A stretch of 64,000 nt of DNA from Octopus sinensis. Taxonomy: Eukaryota. Within the stretch, counting starts at the first letter, position 1, and each line of letters starts with the position of its first letter. Positions 1 to 64,000 of this stretch are shown here, piece after piece. Below the pieces are notes generated by a model. It did not search any database. It was not told the DNA's origin and was given only the letters and a program-made list of their open reading frames with translations. The position numbers were made by a program, and so were the translations under genes. Location: the NCBI RefSeq assembly GCF_006345805.1, contig NC_043001.1, positions 17,732,001-17,796,000 of the forward strand, in the 5' to 3' direction.

Positions 1-860
1 ACCATCATCTTGTTTGAAAATAGTTGAAAAAGCCTCGGCAAATAATTGACTCTGTTGATAAGGGTCCTCAATCGATACGTCTGTTGAGTCTACCAACGTT
101 GCAATCTGGTTGTTCAAGCGGGAATTCCGCTGGACATGGGCAAAGAAGGTTTTTGGATTGCTACTGGCATTTGCCGCGATTTTGTATTCATAACTGAAGC
201 GTTCCTTCTTTTCAATTTTCACGGCTCGGTCTCGTTGAGTTTTGTACACCTCAAAAGCTGCAGTCGAATCCAGATTTTTGAATTCAGCCCAAGCAATATC
301 TCTGAGTCGACGTTCTCGTTTAACCTTCTTCGTCACCCAGGGCTTGTGTTTCTTCCTCTTGGGAAGTCCAACGGGAACTGCCTGGTCAGTCAAACAGATT
401 ACATATGCTTTGAGGGATGACCATAGTTCGTCAACTGAGGACAACGTCATCAGGGAACGCCAGTCCAGAAGCGCGGAAGCCTCGGTTAGAATTTCAAGAT
501 TAATTGCAGAGAAGACTCTACGTGGCAGCGAAGTAATCGTGGGCGTGGAAAAAGTTGTGTGCATGACGAACTTCAGGACCGCATGATCACTCTTGGCAAG
601 AGGGGCGCACACAGATAAGTCTGACACTGATCTTGGATAGCGGGAGAATACCAGATCTAGCATAGATGGCTGCTGCCCAGACCGATGCCTTGTCGGATAT
701 TCAACATGTTGCGATAGAAAACAATCTTCAGCCACGTCAAGAAGGGCCTGGCCGAACCGGGAAGATGTTGTACAAATTGATGCGGGCCAATCGATCGTGG
801 GAGTGTTGAAGTCGCCTAGTACCAAGCAGTCATGCGAAGCTGAAACGAATCTTATCGCTA
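1..860 (-). mobile_element. CR1/L2-like LINE ORF2 fragment (C-terminal half of the APE endonuclease plus linker), running off the window edge
   Basis: Stop-free minus-strand frame: LVLGDFNTPTIDW...QHVEYPTR...LDLVF...KSDHAVL...KPWVTKKVKR...SNPKTFFAHV...LFAEAFSTIF. Confidence 0.88.
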
Positions 861-1261
861 GCTGAAACGAATCTTATAGTAGAAGACACTTGCCCAAGGT
901 GCCAGGCAGTGGGACTGAACCCGGAACCATGTGGTTGGTAAGCAAGCTACTTACCACACAGCCGCTCCTGCTCCTATTTTCTCTAATTTTCTCTCTCATT
1001 CCTTTGCTCTTCTTTCTCTCCCTATCCATCCTGCTCCTTATTTCTTCTCTGTTTCTCATTGAAGTTTCTCTCTGGCACTTCTTTCTATCTAACCACGCAC
1101 TCCCAAGCTGTTTCTGTACCATTCCACTTATATCCAGTCACAGAGGATGTCTTCTAGTTTTGCCTCTCATCTCAACACTGAAGAGAAACTATGTCTGAAT
1201 AGTAAGATGTCCTATCCCGTCACCATCACAGAAAATATAATACATTATTTCTATGCATAAA

Positions 1262-1442
1262 TATATATCCGTATACACTACACACATTTTTTTCTCTCCT
1301 TGTTTTTTCTGTGTCCCTTTCTGTAGAAGAGCGTAGGCACGAAACGTAAAAGACTTTTTCTATTCCTGAGCGTTATACTAATACATCTGTTTGTTTTGTA
1401 CACCACCTGTCTTCGACTTTTGTTTTTTTCGTAAACTCTCCC
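1262..1442 (+). mobile_element. Penelope-type terminal repeat fragment with a hammerhead-like motif (copy 1)
   Basis: Near-identical to 16610-16772; contains CTTT-CTGTAGA-A-GAGC-GTAG-GCAC-GAAAC-GTA-AAAG. Confidence 0.55.
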
Positions 1443-1462
1443 TATAAATGTATATATATACA

Positions 1463-2125
1463 GGCGCAGGCGTAGCTGTGTAGTAAGTAGTTTGCCTCCG
1501 AACTAAATGGTTCCGGGTTCAGTCCCACTGCGTGACACCCTGGGCAAGTGTCTTCTACTATAGCCTCGAGCCAACCAAAGCCTTGTGAGTGGATTTGGTT
1601 GATGGAAACTGAAAGAAGCCTGTCGTATATATATATATATTTATGTATGTATATGTTTGTGTGTCTGTGTTTGTCCCCCCCAACATCGCTTGACAACCGA
1701 TACTGGTGTGTTTACGTCCCCGAAACTTAGCGGTTCGGCAAAAGACACCGATATAATAGGTACTAGGCTTCCAAAAAATAAGTCTTGGGGTTGATTTGCT
1801 CGACTAAAGCCGGTGCTCCAGCATGGTCACAGTTAAATGACTGAAACAAATAAAAGAGTAAAAAAACGAAAACTGAAAGAAGCCCATTGTGTATATGTAT
1901 GTATGGGTGTATTTGTGTGTCTGTGTTTGTCCCTCCACCATCGCTTGACAACCGATCTTAGTCTGTTTATGTGCCCGTACTTAGCGGTTCGGCAAAAGAG
2001 ACCGATAGATTAAGTGCTAGGTTTACAAAGAATAAGTCCTGGGGGTCGATTCATTCTACTTAAAGGCGGTGCTCCGGCATGGCCGCAGTAAACTGACTGA
2101 AACAAGTAAAAGAAAGGATAAAAGA
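1463..2125 (+). mobile_element. tRNA-derived CORE-type SINE (family 1) with a duplicated 3' half
   Basis: tRNA-like head (ggcgcaggcgtagctgtgtagt...gggttcagtccc), core ccctgggcaagtgtctt, tail ccagcatggccgcagt...ctgaaac-(aaaaga)n. Many copies occur in the window (e.g. 878-972, 8805-8960, 49595-49856, 54225-54372, 57600-57935, 58500-58700, 61790-62070). Confidence 0.85.
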
Positions 2126-2800
2126 CCAGTCACTTATATTTAAACGTATCGATCTCTTTCAATACTGCGAATGCAAGGCCTGAACTTTGCCATTGATTTC
2201 CAGTTCATATTAAAATGTGAAGTATTTTCATTCAGTAGCCATGTTTCTCACCAATGATGTGACGTCACTTATCTCCTGGATTTTAAAAGAGGAATTTTGG
2301 CTGTTGAGTCTGATCTTGAAAGGGCTTGCCGTTTCGCCCACCACATCTCTGCTTTCCTCTTCTTGATGGGATCATTCGATACTACCTCTGCCTCATACAT
2401 GGTGGCTTCTGTATTACATTTACAGTATGGTGGTCATGTGGCGTTACTTCTGCATGAGGTATTACTTTTATGTTAATATGAAAACATTGCTTCATTTTCT
2501 TGATTTTTAACCAAGAATTGATAAAATATAAAAGAATTTCGATATGAATAAAGTTGGAGGGCCAGGTGAAATAAGATCGCACTGAATTTGATACGTGGTC
2601 CATAGCTTGCTGACTCCTGGAACCGAATAGAGTAGAATGAATGCGTGGGCGCATGTGTTTGTGTGTTATTTCAAAGCCATAAACTGGTTTTTCATCAGGG
2701 AAAAATCCCTTAAAAAAATGTATAGTGCTAAAAAGCACAGTATACATCAGAGCTAGGCGAAACAAAATCGCCCGAGAAATTATCATGTGAATAACAGATA
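2110..2800 (-). mobile_element. Degenerate Penelope-like element (RT C-terminus, Cys linker, GIY-YIG endonuclease)
   Basis: Across frameshifts the minus strand reads FFPDEKPVY...SYFTWP; CRSNAT*PPYCKCNTEATMYEAEV; VGETASPFKIRLNSQNSSFK. This follows the PLE pattern C-x-C...CPL-G-C...YxAxV...YIG-T...FKxR-x2-H. Confidence 0.7.
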
Positions 2801-3230
2801 CGTATTTCGCCATAGGCGTAGCTTATCAACGTCGTATATCAGTGTCGTCTCCGAGACGAAATGGAGTCAATAATATAATATACTGATTACAATATATATT
2901 TCAGACTAGCGGATTCGATTCTGTTTCAGAAGTGACACGAGTAAGCGACATTGATTAGCTGCAACTACGGCGAAATACTTATCTATCGCTTTCATGATCA
3001 CTTCTGGGGCGGTTTCGTTCCGCTTAGCTCTGAAGATTGTTGTATTCTTCAACACAATACGTCATTAAAATGATTTTTCAAGAAAGAAAATCTACAGTTT
3101 CGGTCATTTAAACAACATACATTCATTAATTATGTTGTATTGATAATGTTCACATTATAAAACTGCTTTTACTACATAATTTGAATTTATTCAGCTTATG
3201 TATGTATGTATGTATGTATGTATGTATGTA

Positions 3231-3911
3231 TTAACTCCCCGTAACTCTTTTATGGAGAGTTAGCTAAAGGAGAACGACTTCCACATAAACCAAAAAAGAG
3301 GTATAAGGACTTGTTGAAGGCTTCCTTAAGAGATGCTTGCATCTCTCCTTACACGTGGGAGGGCATAGCTATTGATCGTAGCAGGTGGAGAGGGATTGTG
3401 CACGAGGGGACATCCACTTTTGAGAAATCTCGAGTTGCGCATGAGAAACTAAGGAGGGATGTCAGGAAGGGCATCGCTGTTACACTTCCAGATGGGAAGG
3501 GTCTTCCTATGATGCTGACATGCAGTGTCTGTGCAAGACCCTGCTTCAGTAAAGCTGGACTCAAGAGTCATCTTCGTAGTCATAAAGCGAGACAGATGAG
3601 TGACAACCTGGCCACTGGTGGTGGTGTTACACACCATACTAATCATATCTGTCAGGCATGTGGAAGAGAGTGTAATTCGGCAGGACTTAAACGACATGCA
3701 AAGGTACATGAAGCCCAGTTACAACTACAGCCGGCTATTACCGGTAAAGGGTTTAGCTGCCAATTCTGTACAAGACATTGTAGATCTTTAACTGGGATAA
3801 AAAAGAGTCACATTCGATCACAGCACCAATGGCCTTGCTTTTTGCTTTTTGAGCCAAATAATTAACTAACTAACTAACTAACAGTTAAGCTTCGTGCAAT
3901 GGCCATACTCG
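3231..3911 (+). mobile_element. 5'-truncated RTE (BovB-like) LINE 3' end with three C2H2 fingers
   Basis: LFYGELAKGERLPHKPKKRYKDLLK...DRSRWRGIVHEG followed by three C-x2-C...H-x3/4-H units; (TAAC)n after the stop; flanked on both sides by (TATG)n. Confidence 0.88.
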
Positions 3912-4777
3912 ATAACGAGGGGGCAGCCATCATGTATGTATGTATGTATGTATGTATGTATGTATGTATGTATGTATGTATGTATGTATGTGTGTGTATC
4001 GAGGAGTCAGATATAATGTACCCGCCCAAAGGTTTTCCATAATGCATGTTTACTCAATTTTACCCAAAGGACTTGAATCAGGCCGTCTACTCACGCACGC
4101 ACTCTCACACACATACACACACTCATACACATACACACGCTCATAGACACATTATATATTCACAATAAAAGTAACAAACGATTTTATTACCACTCAGGTA
4201 CCACAAATTTTAATACAACATTGACCAATGAATAGATTTCAATCCATCCCAACGGTAAGATACCAATTCTTACGAACGGGTAATAGATAAAGACCAAACC
4301 AACTGTAAAATATTGAATTTTTTTCTTTTTTTCCTGAAACAAACAGAGCGTGCAACTCTAACGTTCTTATAAACGAAAACAAAAAAAAAAAAAAAGTACG
4401 GGAGTGGGGAGAATTGACTGAGACAGTCACAGCCTTTAAACATTGTGTTCTCGTTATATTTTCTTGAAATTATAATCTTTTTTTGACTCCTACTCATGGG
4501 TAGTTATTATATTTGACGTTCATTAGTTCATTTTTGTTTTTCACTATTTATATGAGTAATATATTACAATTAACCGCTCAAGAGGTGAAATTCTAATTCA
4601 GTTTTTTCAGGGTAATGAACCAGGTATTGTCTATGTAGGTACAGAGTATTTTTACATCGCTCTTCACATTGAATCGATTCTTATATATACACACATATAT
4701 ATATATATATAAAATGTATGTATATATATGTGTATATATGTATGTATATGTATTAATATATATATATATATGTATGA

Positions 4778-4811
<34 letters not shown>

Positions 4812-5012
4812 TATTATATATGTATGAATATACATATATGTATGTGTATATATATATATATTATATATATATATATATATATATGAATATACATATATGT
4901 ACATATCTATATAAATATATATATATATATAATATATATATATATGAATATCATATATGTACATATCTATATAAATATATATATATATAATATATATGAA
5001 TATACATATGTA

Positions 5013-5048
<36 letters not shown>

Positions 5049-5605
5049 TATACATGTATGTATATATCTATATAAATATATATATATATATATGCATGAA
5101 TATACATATGTATGTGCATATAATATATATATATATATATATAATATATATATATATGCATGAATATACATATGTATGTGCATATATATATATATATATA
5201 TATTATGTATGTATGTATGTATGTATATATGTTGTAGCTTTTAGTATTCACAGATCCACAGTCACTACACTTGTTTTATTCCGGCCAGGATTAATAAATG
5301 AATTTTTGCTGTTCATTCATTCATTTACATATTTATTCTTCTCCATTTTTAATTATTGTACCACCTGACATATTACTTTTTTTTTCTTTTAAATTCTCTC
5401 TTTCAGATCTTTAAAGTTTTGTTGTGCATTTCACTCATTTTCTTGTTTAAATTAATTTCTGTTAATGAATTTTACTTTATTATCAACAGAAACCATGTCT
5501 CTTTTCTCATTCTCTCTCTCTCTCTCCCGCTCTCCCTATCTCTCAATCTCCGTCATCCACTCGCTTCTTGTCTCTCCTGTAGCATTCTTTTTTCATTATA
5601 CATAC

Positions 5606-5668
<63 letters not shown>

Positions 5669-6223
5669 CCAGTCTCTCTGGTTTTCTCTTTCATTTTATG
5701 CCCTACAAACATTTCTACTGACAAATTAACTTTAAGTAAAAAGTAAAAAAACCTCAGTAACTCTGACAGAGTTAATTTATTGTATTTATTAGTTCAAGCT
5801 ACTTTATATTCCAGTGCTCAGCGTTTCGTGCTCGGGGGGGGGGGGCAATCCTCAACTAGAGATAGTTGGTGATGTGAACTCCAATACACTCTGACAATAC
5901 AGTAATAATAGGACGTCATGTCGCGGGTTGACTAAAGAGAAAGACCGAGTTGAACAGTAAGTGTCGACATGAAAATAAATTTTATTTCGCCAACCAAAAT
6001 AGTAAACTCGGTATCAGATTCAGACGTCAGATTTTAGTCGATTGCCCTAACAGAAGTTTACAAACTGAATGACCACCCTGATGTTGTCAATCGGAAGCCT
6101 GTGACACAACATCTATTACTACTGTATCGTTCGACCGTACCAGAGTTTGAACACGAAACTTTGAGCAATGAGATGTAAAGCGACCAAAACCACATATATA
6201 CATATACATATACATACATATAT

Positions 6224-6269
<46 letters not shown>

Positions 6270-6278
6270 TATATATAT

Positions 6279-6320
<42 letters not shown>

Positions 6321-6582
6321 ATATATATATATTATATATTATATATATAATGGTCTCACGTACACATGTAAAACATATATACATAACATGCATGCATACA
6401 CACACGTACAATGCAGTGATATATACATCAAACACAAGTGCAAACTGCAGTTTCACTTCCCTATTCAAGCATGGATAATAAATGACTTCTGTGGACGGAC
6501 CGTTCTCGATGTAGAAATCGAAATTCTAGAGTCGAGATTAGATAAGACAAAACACCTTTTGGCGCCAGAATCGAGACGTGTC

Positions 6583-59440
<52,858 letters not shown>

Positions 59441-60218
59441 CTATTTTATAATAAAAATAAATAAATAAATAAATAAAAATGGTTTTAGTTATATCTTCCA
59501 TTCGATAGTTTGTTTTAGCAATCACAATCAAGCCCACGCTGGAGCATATTTCTTTAGAAATATTGTCATTGCTTGTTATTAATATTATTATTATGGTAGT
59601 GAGCTGGCAGAATCTTTAGTACGCCGGACAAAATGCTTAGCAGCATTTCGTCCGTCTTTACTTTCTGAATTTAAATACCTATTTCTTTACTACTCACAAG
59701 GGGCTAAACATAGAGGGGACAAACAAGGACAGACAAAGGGATTAAGTCGATTACATCGACCCCAGCGCGTAATTGGTACTTAATTTATCGACCCCAAAAG
59801 AATGAAAGGCAAAGTCGACCTCGGTGAGTTCAAATTCCGCCGAGGTCGACTTTGCATTTCATCTTTTCGGAGTCGATGAAATAAGTACCAGTTGATCACT
59901 GGGGTCGATATAATCACCTACAAATATATACCCCATTTTCATTTTCCCAAGTTCCAATTAACTACATATTTACAGGTATTTTTTCCACAAATTCTTTCTC
60001 CTTATTTGCATATGGGTGCTTATAAATTGTACATCAATATACGTAACCAGCCAGCACAAGTCCACCTAACTAGTTTCATACATATATTTATGTATCTACT
60101 CCTGTTAATTGATTGTGTGTGTGTGTGTGTCGTCTCATGAGCCATATTTTAAAAATTTATAATAACTGATAATTTTAAACTATGTTATTTTCTTTAACTT
60201 TCTGTCATAATAGTAATA

Positions 60219-60266
<48 letters not shown>

Positions 60267-60901
60267 GAAACGGTTGTATAAAAATGAGATGATGAAGAAA
60301 CTACAGAAAAAATGGGTGAAGAAGAGAAGACGAAACAGTAATTCAAGGGAAAATTATAAAAGAGGAACAGAGGAAAATGGCGTTACATATATAGAGAGTA
60401 TGAAAGAAGCAGACGACATATGCACGCATTGACAGGCAGATAGAGAGAGGGCAATAGAGAGGGAGGGAGTCGTATACAGACTGCGTTTGTACGTGTGTGA
60501 AAAGGAGACGAGAAAATGGAAGAGGAAAGACTAACGTATGTGGAATAAAATTGGAGGAGTGAAAACGAATTTTATTAAGGAGATTTTAATAAACAAGATG
60601 GAATACATCGACACGTAAAGACGTCCAAGGACGTGTCTGCTGTAGAGCTGTCTGTTGATGTCCAATTCATCAAATACAAGTATAATAATAATATTCAGCG
60701 ATAGTAAATTTTGTAGACTGAGACGGAATTTCCAGGAATGTCTGTGCGTGCGAGTGAGTTCGCTTGTGTGAGTGTGTGTGAAAACATACATACATACACA
60801 CGAACACATACATATATTCATACATATGCCTATTATATGCATGTACATGTATATATGTATATATACGTGTATGTGTGTGTGTGTGCGTATAAATATATAT
60901 G

Positions 60902-60942
<41 letters not shown>

Positions 60943-61206
60943 CATATACACATATATAAATACATACATATACACATATATAGATACATATACATATTAT
61001 ATACACATATATAGATACATATACATATATATATACACATATAGGTACATATACACACACACATATATGTATACGTATATATATATATATATATAAATAT
61101 ATATACATATATATATACACACATATACATATCAAATATATATGTATATACATGTATATATACATATATATATACAAATATATATGTATATACATGTATA
61201 AATACA

Positions 61207-61306
61207 NNNNNNNNNNNNNNNNNNNNNNNNNNNNNNNNNNNNNNNNNNNNNNNNNNNNNNNNNNNNNNNNNNNNNNNNNNNNNNNNNNNNNNNNNNNNNN
61301 NNNNNN
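61207..61306. other. Assembly gap (100 N)
   Basis: A run of exactly 100 N between TA-rich and (ATT)n repeats. Confidence 1.
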
Positions 61307-61323
61307 TATTATCACTATTTTTA

Positions 61324-61385
<62 letters not shown>

Positions 61386-62309
61386 TCGCAGCAGCTGCCG
61401 AACTGCAGTTGTCGCACTTGCTAACAATATTGGTGACGACACAGATGCATAGCTTCGAAAGTTCCAAAGAGCGTTCTGCATCATTACTTTAATAACTGAA
61501 GGTCAACATCTTGAATAAACAATAACAACGACAACACCAACAACAACAACTTTATCATTAACAACATCGGTTACAATATGATGGAATATTAACAAAACCC
61601 TGAAACCAACAGAAACGCTATTAATAATTTGAAGATATTGTTATAAGGTCTTAGAATTTTACTGGCAGGGTCAGGTCAATTCGATTGAACCCGGTATATA
61701 CTTGTATAAAGTACAAAAAAACGGGGAGCAAGCAGCAGTAGTTCGTATCAAATCAACTTTGCCCTTAATCCCTTCTCTTTCTGGGGTTGCACTTTGGGCA
61801 AGATCTTTCTACTATAGCTTTGGGCTGACCAAAGCCTTGTGAGTGGATTCGGTAAATGGAAAATGTAAGAAGTCCACCATGTGTGTGTGTCTGTGTGTGT
61901 CTTTGCGTGTCTCCATCATGGCTTAGAAACTGGTATCGGTGTGTTTACATCCCCATAACTAAGCGGTTCGACTGAACTGTCCGATAAATTAAGTACCTGG
62001 CTTAAATTAACAATCCTTCAAAGCCGCACCCCAGCATGGCCGCAGTATAATGACCGAAACAAGTGAAAGAGTAGAAGAATAAAAAGTCCAGGTTAATGTA
62101 TTTCTCGAAGGTATTCGTTCTTGCTCTTTACGTTCTGAGCTCAAAATCCCGCCAAAATCCTCTTTACCTTTCATCGCCCTGAGTTCAGTGAAAAAGTTAC
62201 AAGTCCAGGTCATTATATTTCGAAAATTGTCTTTGAGTCATTTGTTCTTGCACCTTACAATCTTGTTTCAAAATCTAGATTAAATAGATTTGTCCAGATC
62301 TATTTAACC

Positions 62310-62859
62310 ATCCATCTTCTTCTTCTTCTTCTTCTTCTTCTTCTTCTTCTTCTTCTTCTTGTTCTTCTCTTCTTCTTCTTCTTCTTCTTCTTCTTCTTCT
62401 TCTTCTTCTTCGTCTTCTTCTTCTTCTCCTTCTTCTCTTTCTTCTTTTCTTCTCCTTCTTCTTCTTCTTCTTCTTCGTCTTCTTCTCCTTCTCCTTCTTC
62501 TCTTTCTTCTTTTCTTCTCCTTCTTCTTCTCCTTCTTCTCTTCTTCTTCTTCTTCGTCTTCTTCTTCGTCTTCTTCTCCTTCTCCTTCTTCTCTTTCTTC
62601 TTTTCTTCTCCTTCTTCTTCTTCTTCTTCTTCGTCTTCTTCTTCGTCTTCTTCTCCTTCTCCTTCTTCTCTTTCTTCTTTTCTTCTCCTTCTTCTTCTTC
62701 TTCTTCTTCTTCGTCTTCTTCTTCGTCTTCTTCTCCTTCTCCTTCTTCTCTTTCTTCTTTTCTTCTCCTTCTTCTTCTTCTTCGTCTTCTTCTTCGTCTT
62801 CTTCTCCTTCTCCTTCTTCTCTTTCTTCTTTTCTTCTCCTTCTTCTTCTTCTTCTTCTT

Positions 62860-62888
<29 letters not shown>
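62310..62888. repeat. (TTC)n compound microsatellite with higher-order units; expanded tail of the adjacent RTE
   Basis: Abuts the end of the RTE ORF; block ttctccttcttctctttcttcttttc recurs about 6 times. Confidence 0.9.
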
Positions 62889-62890
<2 letters not shown>

Positions 62891-63140
62891 ATCCTTTTTG
62901 CCCTTGTGGAGCATAGGGCCTCAACAGTTATTTTCCACTTTTTGCGGTCATTGGCGTGTTTCTTGGCTGCTTCCCATGTCAGGCCGGTGGTCCTGAGCTC
63001 GTCCAAAATACTCTGCTTCTATGTCTGCTTCGGGCGTCCTCGCTTCCTTTTCCCCTGCGGGTTCCATTCAAGTGCTTGTCGTGTCACATTTGAGGGTTCT
63101 TTCCGCAGTGTGTGTCCGATCCACATCCATCTTCTTGGTG
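62889..63140 (-). mobile_element. 5'-truncated RTE-clade LINE 3' end
   Basis: [38 protein letters not shown]...LTWEAAKKHANDRKKWK...ALCST; one TAG stop; (GAA)n tail. Confidence 0.9.
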
Positions 63141-64000
63141 CTATAAAATTAAGAGCCTATTCCAGGTCAATGGATTGGTGGAATTGTTAAGGCGTCCGAC
63201 GAAATACTTTGCTGTGTTTACTACGGCATTGGTCGTCTTTGGTCCTCGTATTTGACTCACCCTTCGAAAATTTTGGTGGTGTGAAGAACAGAGACTTGCT
63301 ACATAGGCAACTGTATACCTTCCATAAAACATAGAATCCTTTGTTCAAAGAAATGGTCAGGAGAGAAGCTTTCAAATACAGTTACGTGGTCAATTTTGAC
63401 TGACAAAATTCTTATATTATTCACATCGTTACGGCTGAAAGCGGTATGTAAAACGACAAGAGAAATAGATATGACCAAGTATTTAAACAAATATTTTTAT
63501 GTTTCTGATACTCCAACGCGTCTCTTAATGAAGGCAATAATGATCACAATCAGAATAAAAATTATATTAAATTATGATTTACATATTTATTCTTAACACA
63601 TTCCAGCAATTTGAACACAAATATGCGAGTTATGTATGTATTCTACAGAACAATTTCTTCCTTTTACGGTGACAATGTGTTCATAACACACTCAGCCCAT
63701 TAGTGCAAGGAATTCTGGGACATCAGAATGACTAATGAGCAGAGTATTTTATGAACAAACTAGGGTCACCGCAGAGGGAAGAAATTATTCTTCTGTGACG
63801 TACACAACAGCGACTGGCATATCTGCGTTCGTTTCTGCTGAACGTATTAAGAATGAATATGCAAATCATCGTTTCAGATTTCATTGGTCACAGTGCAAAT
63901 ATTTTTTTAATGATATTAAAATATAAGCACACGGCAAGGCAACGAGCTGGCAGAAACGTTAGCACGCCGGGCGAAATGAGTAGCCGTATTTCGTCTGTCG

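Noticed and set aside
2382-2813. 143-aa ORF with FFKGFFP, superficially like the N-terminus of GPI transferase PIGG
   Set aside because: No DALR motif follows. Adjacent frames give the Cys linker and GIY-YIG motifs of a Penelope-like element.
4593-5368. Long Y/I/H/T/C/V-rich ORFs here and at 17316-17896, 50964-52752, 55071-56729 and 60531-61484
   Set aside because: They are translations of (TA)n, (TG)n and (CA)n microsatellites; only the embedded RFX4 exons are real.
62275-63006. 243-aa K/E/R-rich ORF
   Set aside because: Read-through from the RTE fragment into its expanded (GAA)n tail.

Overview
Repeat-dense eukaryotic genomic DNA, most likely from an Octopus (inferred from the SINE families and the microsatellite load). 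One protein-coding gene dominates the window: an RFX4-type winged-helix transcription factor on the minus strand. I traced 19 coding exons by hand from 59440 down to the stop at 6583. All have GT-AG boundaries and the phases chain consistently, giving about 896 aa; the first exon was not confidently located. One exon (49247-49323) carries a 1-nt frameshift just after the DNA-binding domain, most likely an assembly error. The introns and the 3' flank are filled with tRNA-derived SINEs (CORE-type and Nin-type), LINE fragments (CR1-like, RTE, Tx1/L1), Penelope-like fragments, mariner and hAT MITEs, a Helitron-like element, a tRNA-Asn pseudogene, microsatellites and a 100-N gap. Most ORFs in the supplied track are microsatellite artefacts. 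The most interesting unexplained signals are: (1) a 15-bp-period tandem array of RFX X-box motifs inside the gene's own largest intron, a candidate autoregulatory element; (2) minimal hammerhead-ribozyme-like motifs, including a recurrent core variant; (3) a mariner MITE whose 3' end with its TIR is tandemly amplified 7 times; (4) a TA-flanked cassette of serial hairpins; (5) a 3' tail shared between a LINE and a SINE family.
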